Shown here: positions 63,726 to 64,000 of the stretch, in pieces
Position numbering within the stretch: the first letter of the stretch is position 1
How the letters are laid out: every line of letters starts with the position of its first letter
NCBI RefSeq assembly: GCF_963921235.1
Contig: NC_086097.1
Coordinates: 149,050,001-149,114,000, forward strand
Source: Mobula hypostoma
Taxonomy: Eukaryota
Direction: 5' to 3'
Length of the DNA: 64,000 bases
Program-made: the position numbers and the translations under genes
The notes under the pieces: generated by a model
The model's database searches: none
What the model saw: only the letters and a program-made list of their open reading frames with translations
What the model was told of the DNA's origin: nothing

Positions 63726-64000
63726 TCCTATCTTATCTTTCTGTACCTAATTCTGCTCCAATTCACTCTGTTTTCTCTATTTGTTTTTCAGACATTAGTT
63801 AAGCAAATAGAGGGTTTGGTTTTACGTTTCATTTAGATACACAATAGCCTACTGCCTTTCAATCTGCATTTATTTGCTTCCATATCTAATTAGTTGGAGT
63901 GATAGTTTGATATAATGTCAGCAAGATAAGCACAAGCAACTGTGCCAAAGGATATTCCAGTTCAGGGGGGATTTGGTCCACACCACAGGAGAGAGAACAG

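Noticed and set aside
63760..63830. Strong-looking splice acceptor (TTGTTTTTCAG) as the next PLC-gamma exon
   Set aside because: The downstream sequence does not translate to the expected (S)EEEVNMWIxGL-type peptide and hits stop codons quickly.

Overview
This is vertebrate genomic DNA, not prokaryotic; the repeat families (HE1/V-SINE-like, CR1, Rex1/Babar, Penelope) point to a cartilaginous fish, which is an inference. The only host coding sequence I can support is one 150-bp phase-1/phase-1 exon (49010-49159, +) encoding part of the N-terminal PH domain of a phospholipase C-gamma. It is PLCG1-like but carries some PLCG2-type residues. The rest is probably very long intron sequence packed with transposon debris: CR1, Rex1/Babar, L1/Tx1 (with a 5' inversion), RTE derivatives, Penelope-like elements (PLEs), tRNA-SINEs, Tc1/mariner and hAT MITEs, and two solo LTRs. 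Almost all ORFs in the supplied track are TE fragments or spurious. The most notable non-obvious signals are: (1) PLE insertions carrying minimal hammerhead-ribozyme motifs in inverted terminal repeats with 13-14 bp target-site duplications, including short non-coding versions; (2) a hAT-type palindromic MITE whose arms contain captured Tc1 sequence; (3) a 60-nt fully paired intronic hairpin; (4) two almost identical young CR1 copies 2.4 kb apart. Coordinates were counted by eye, and boundaries of old repeats are approximate.
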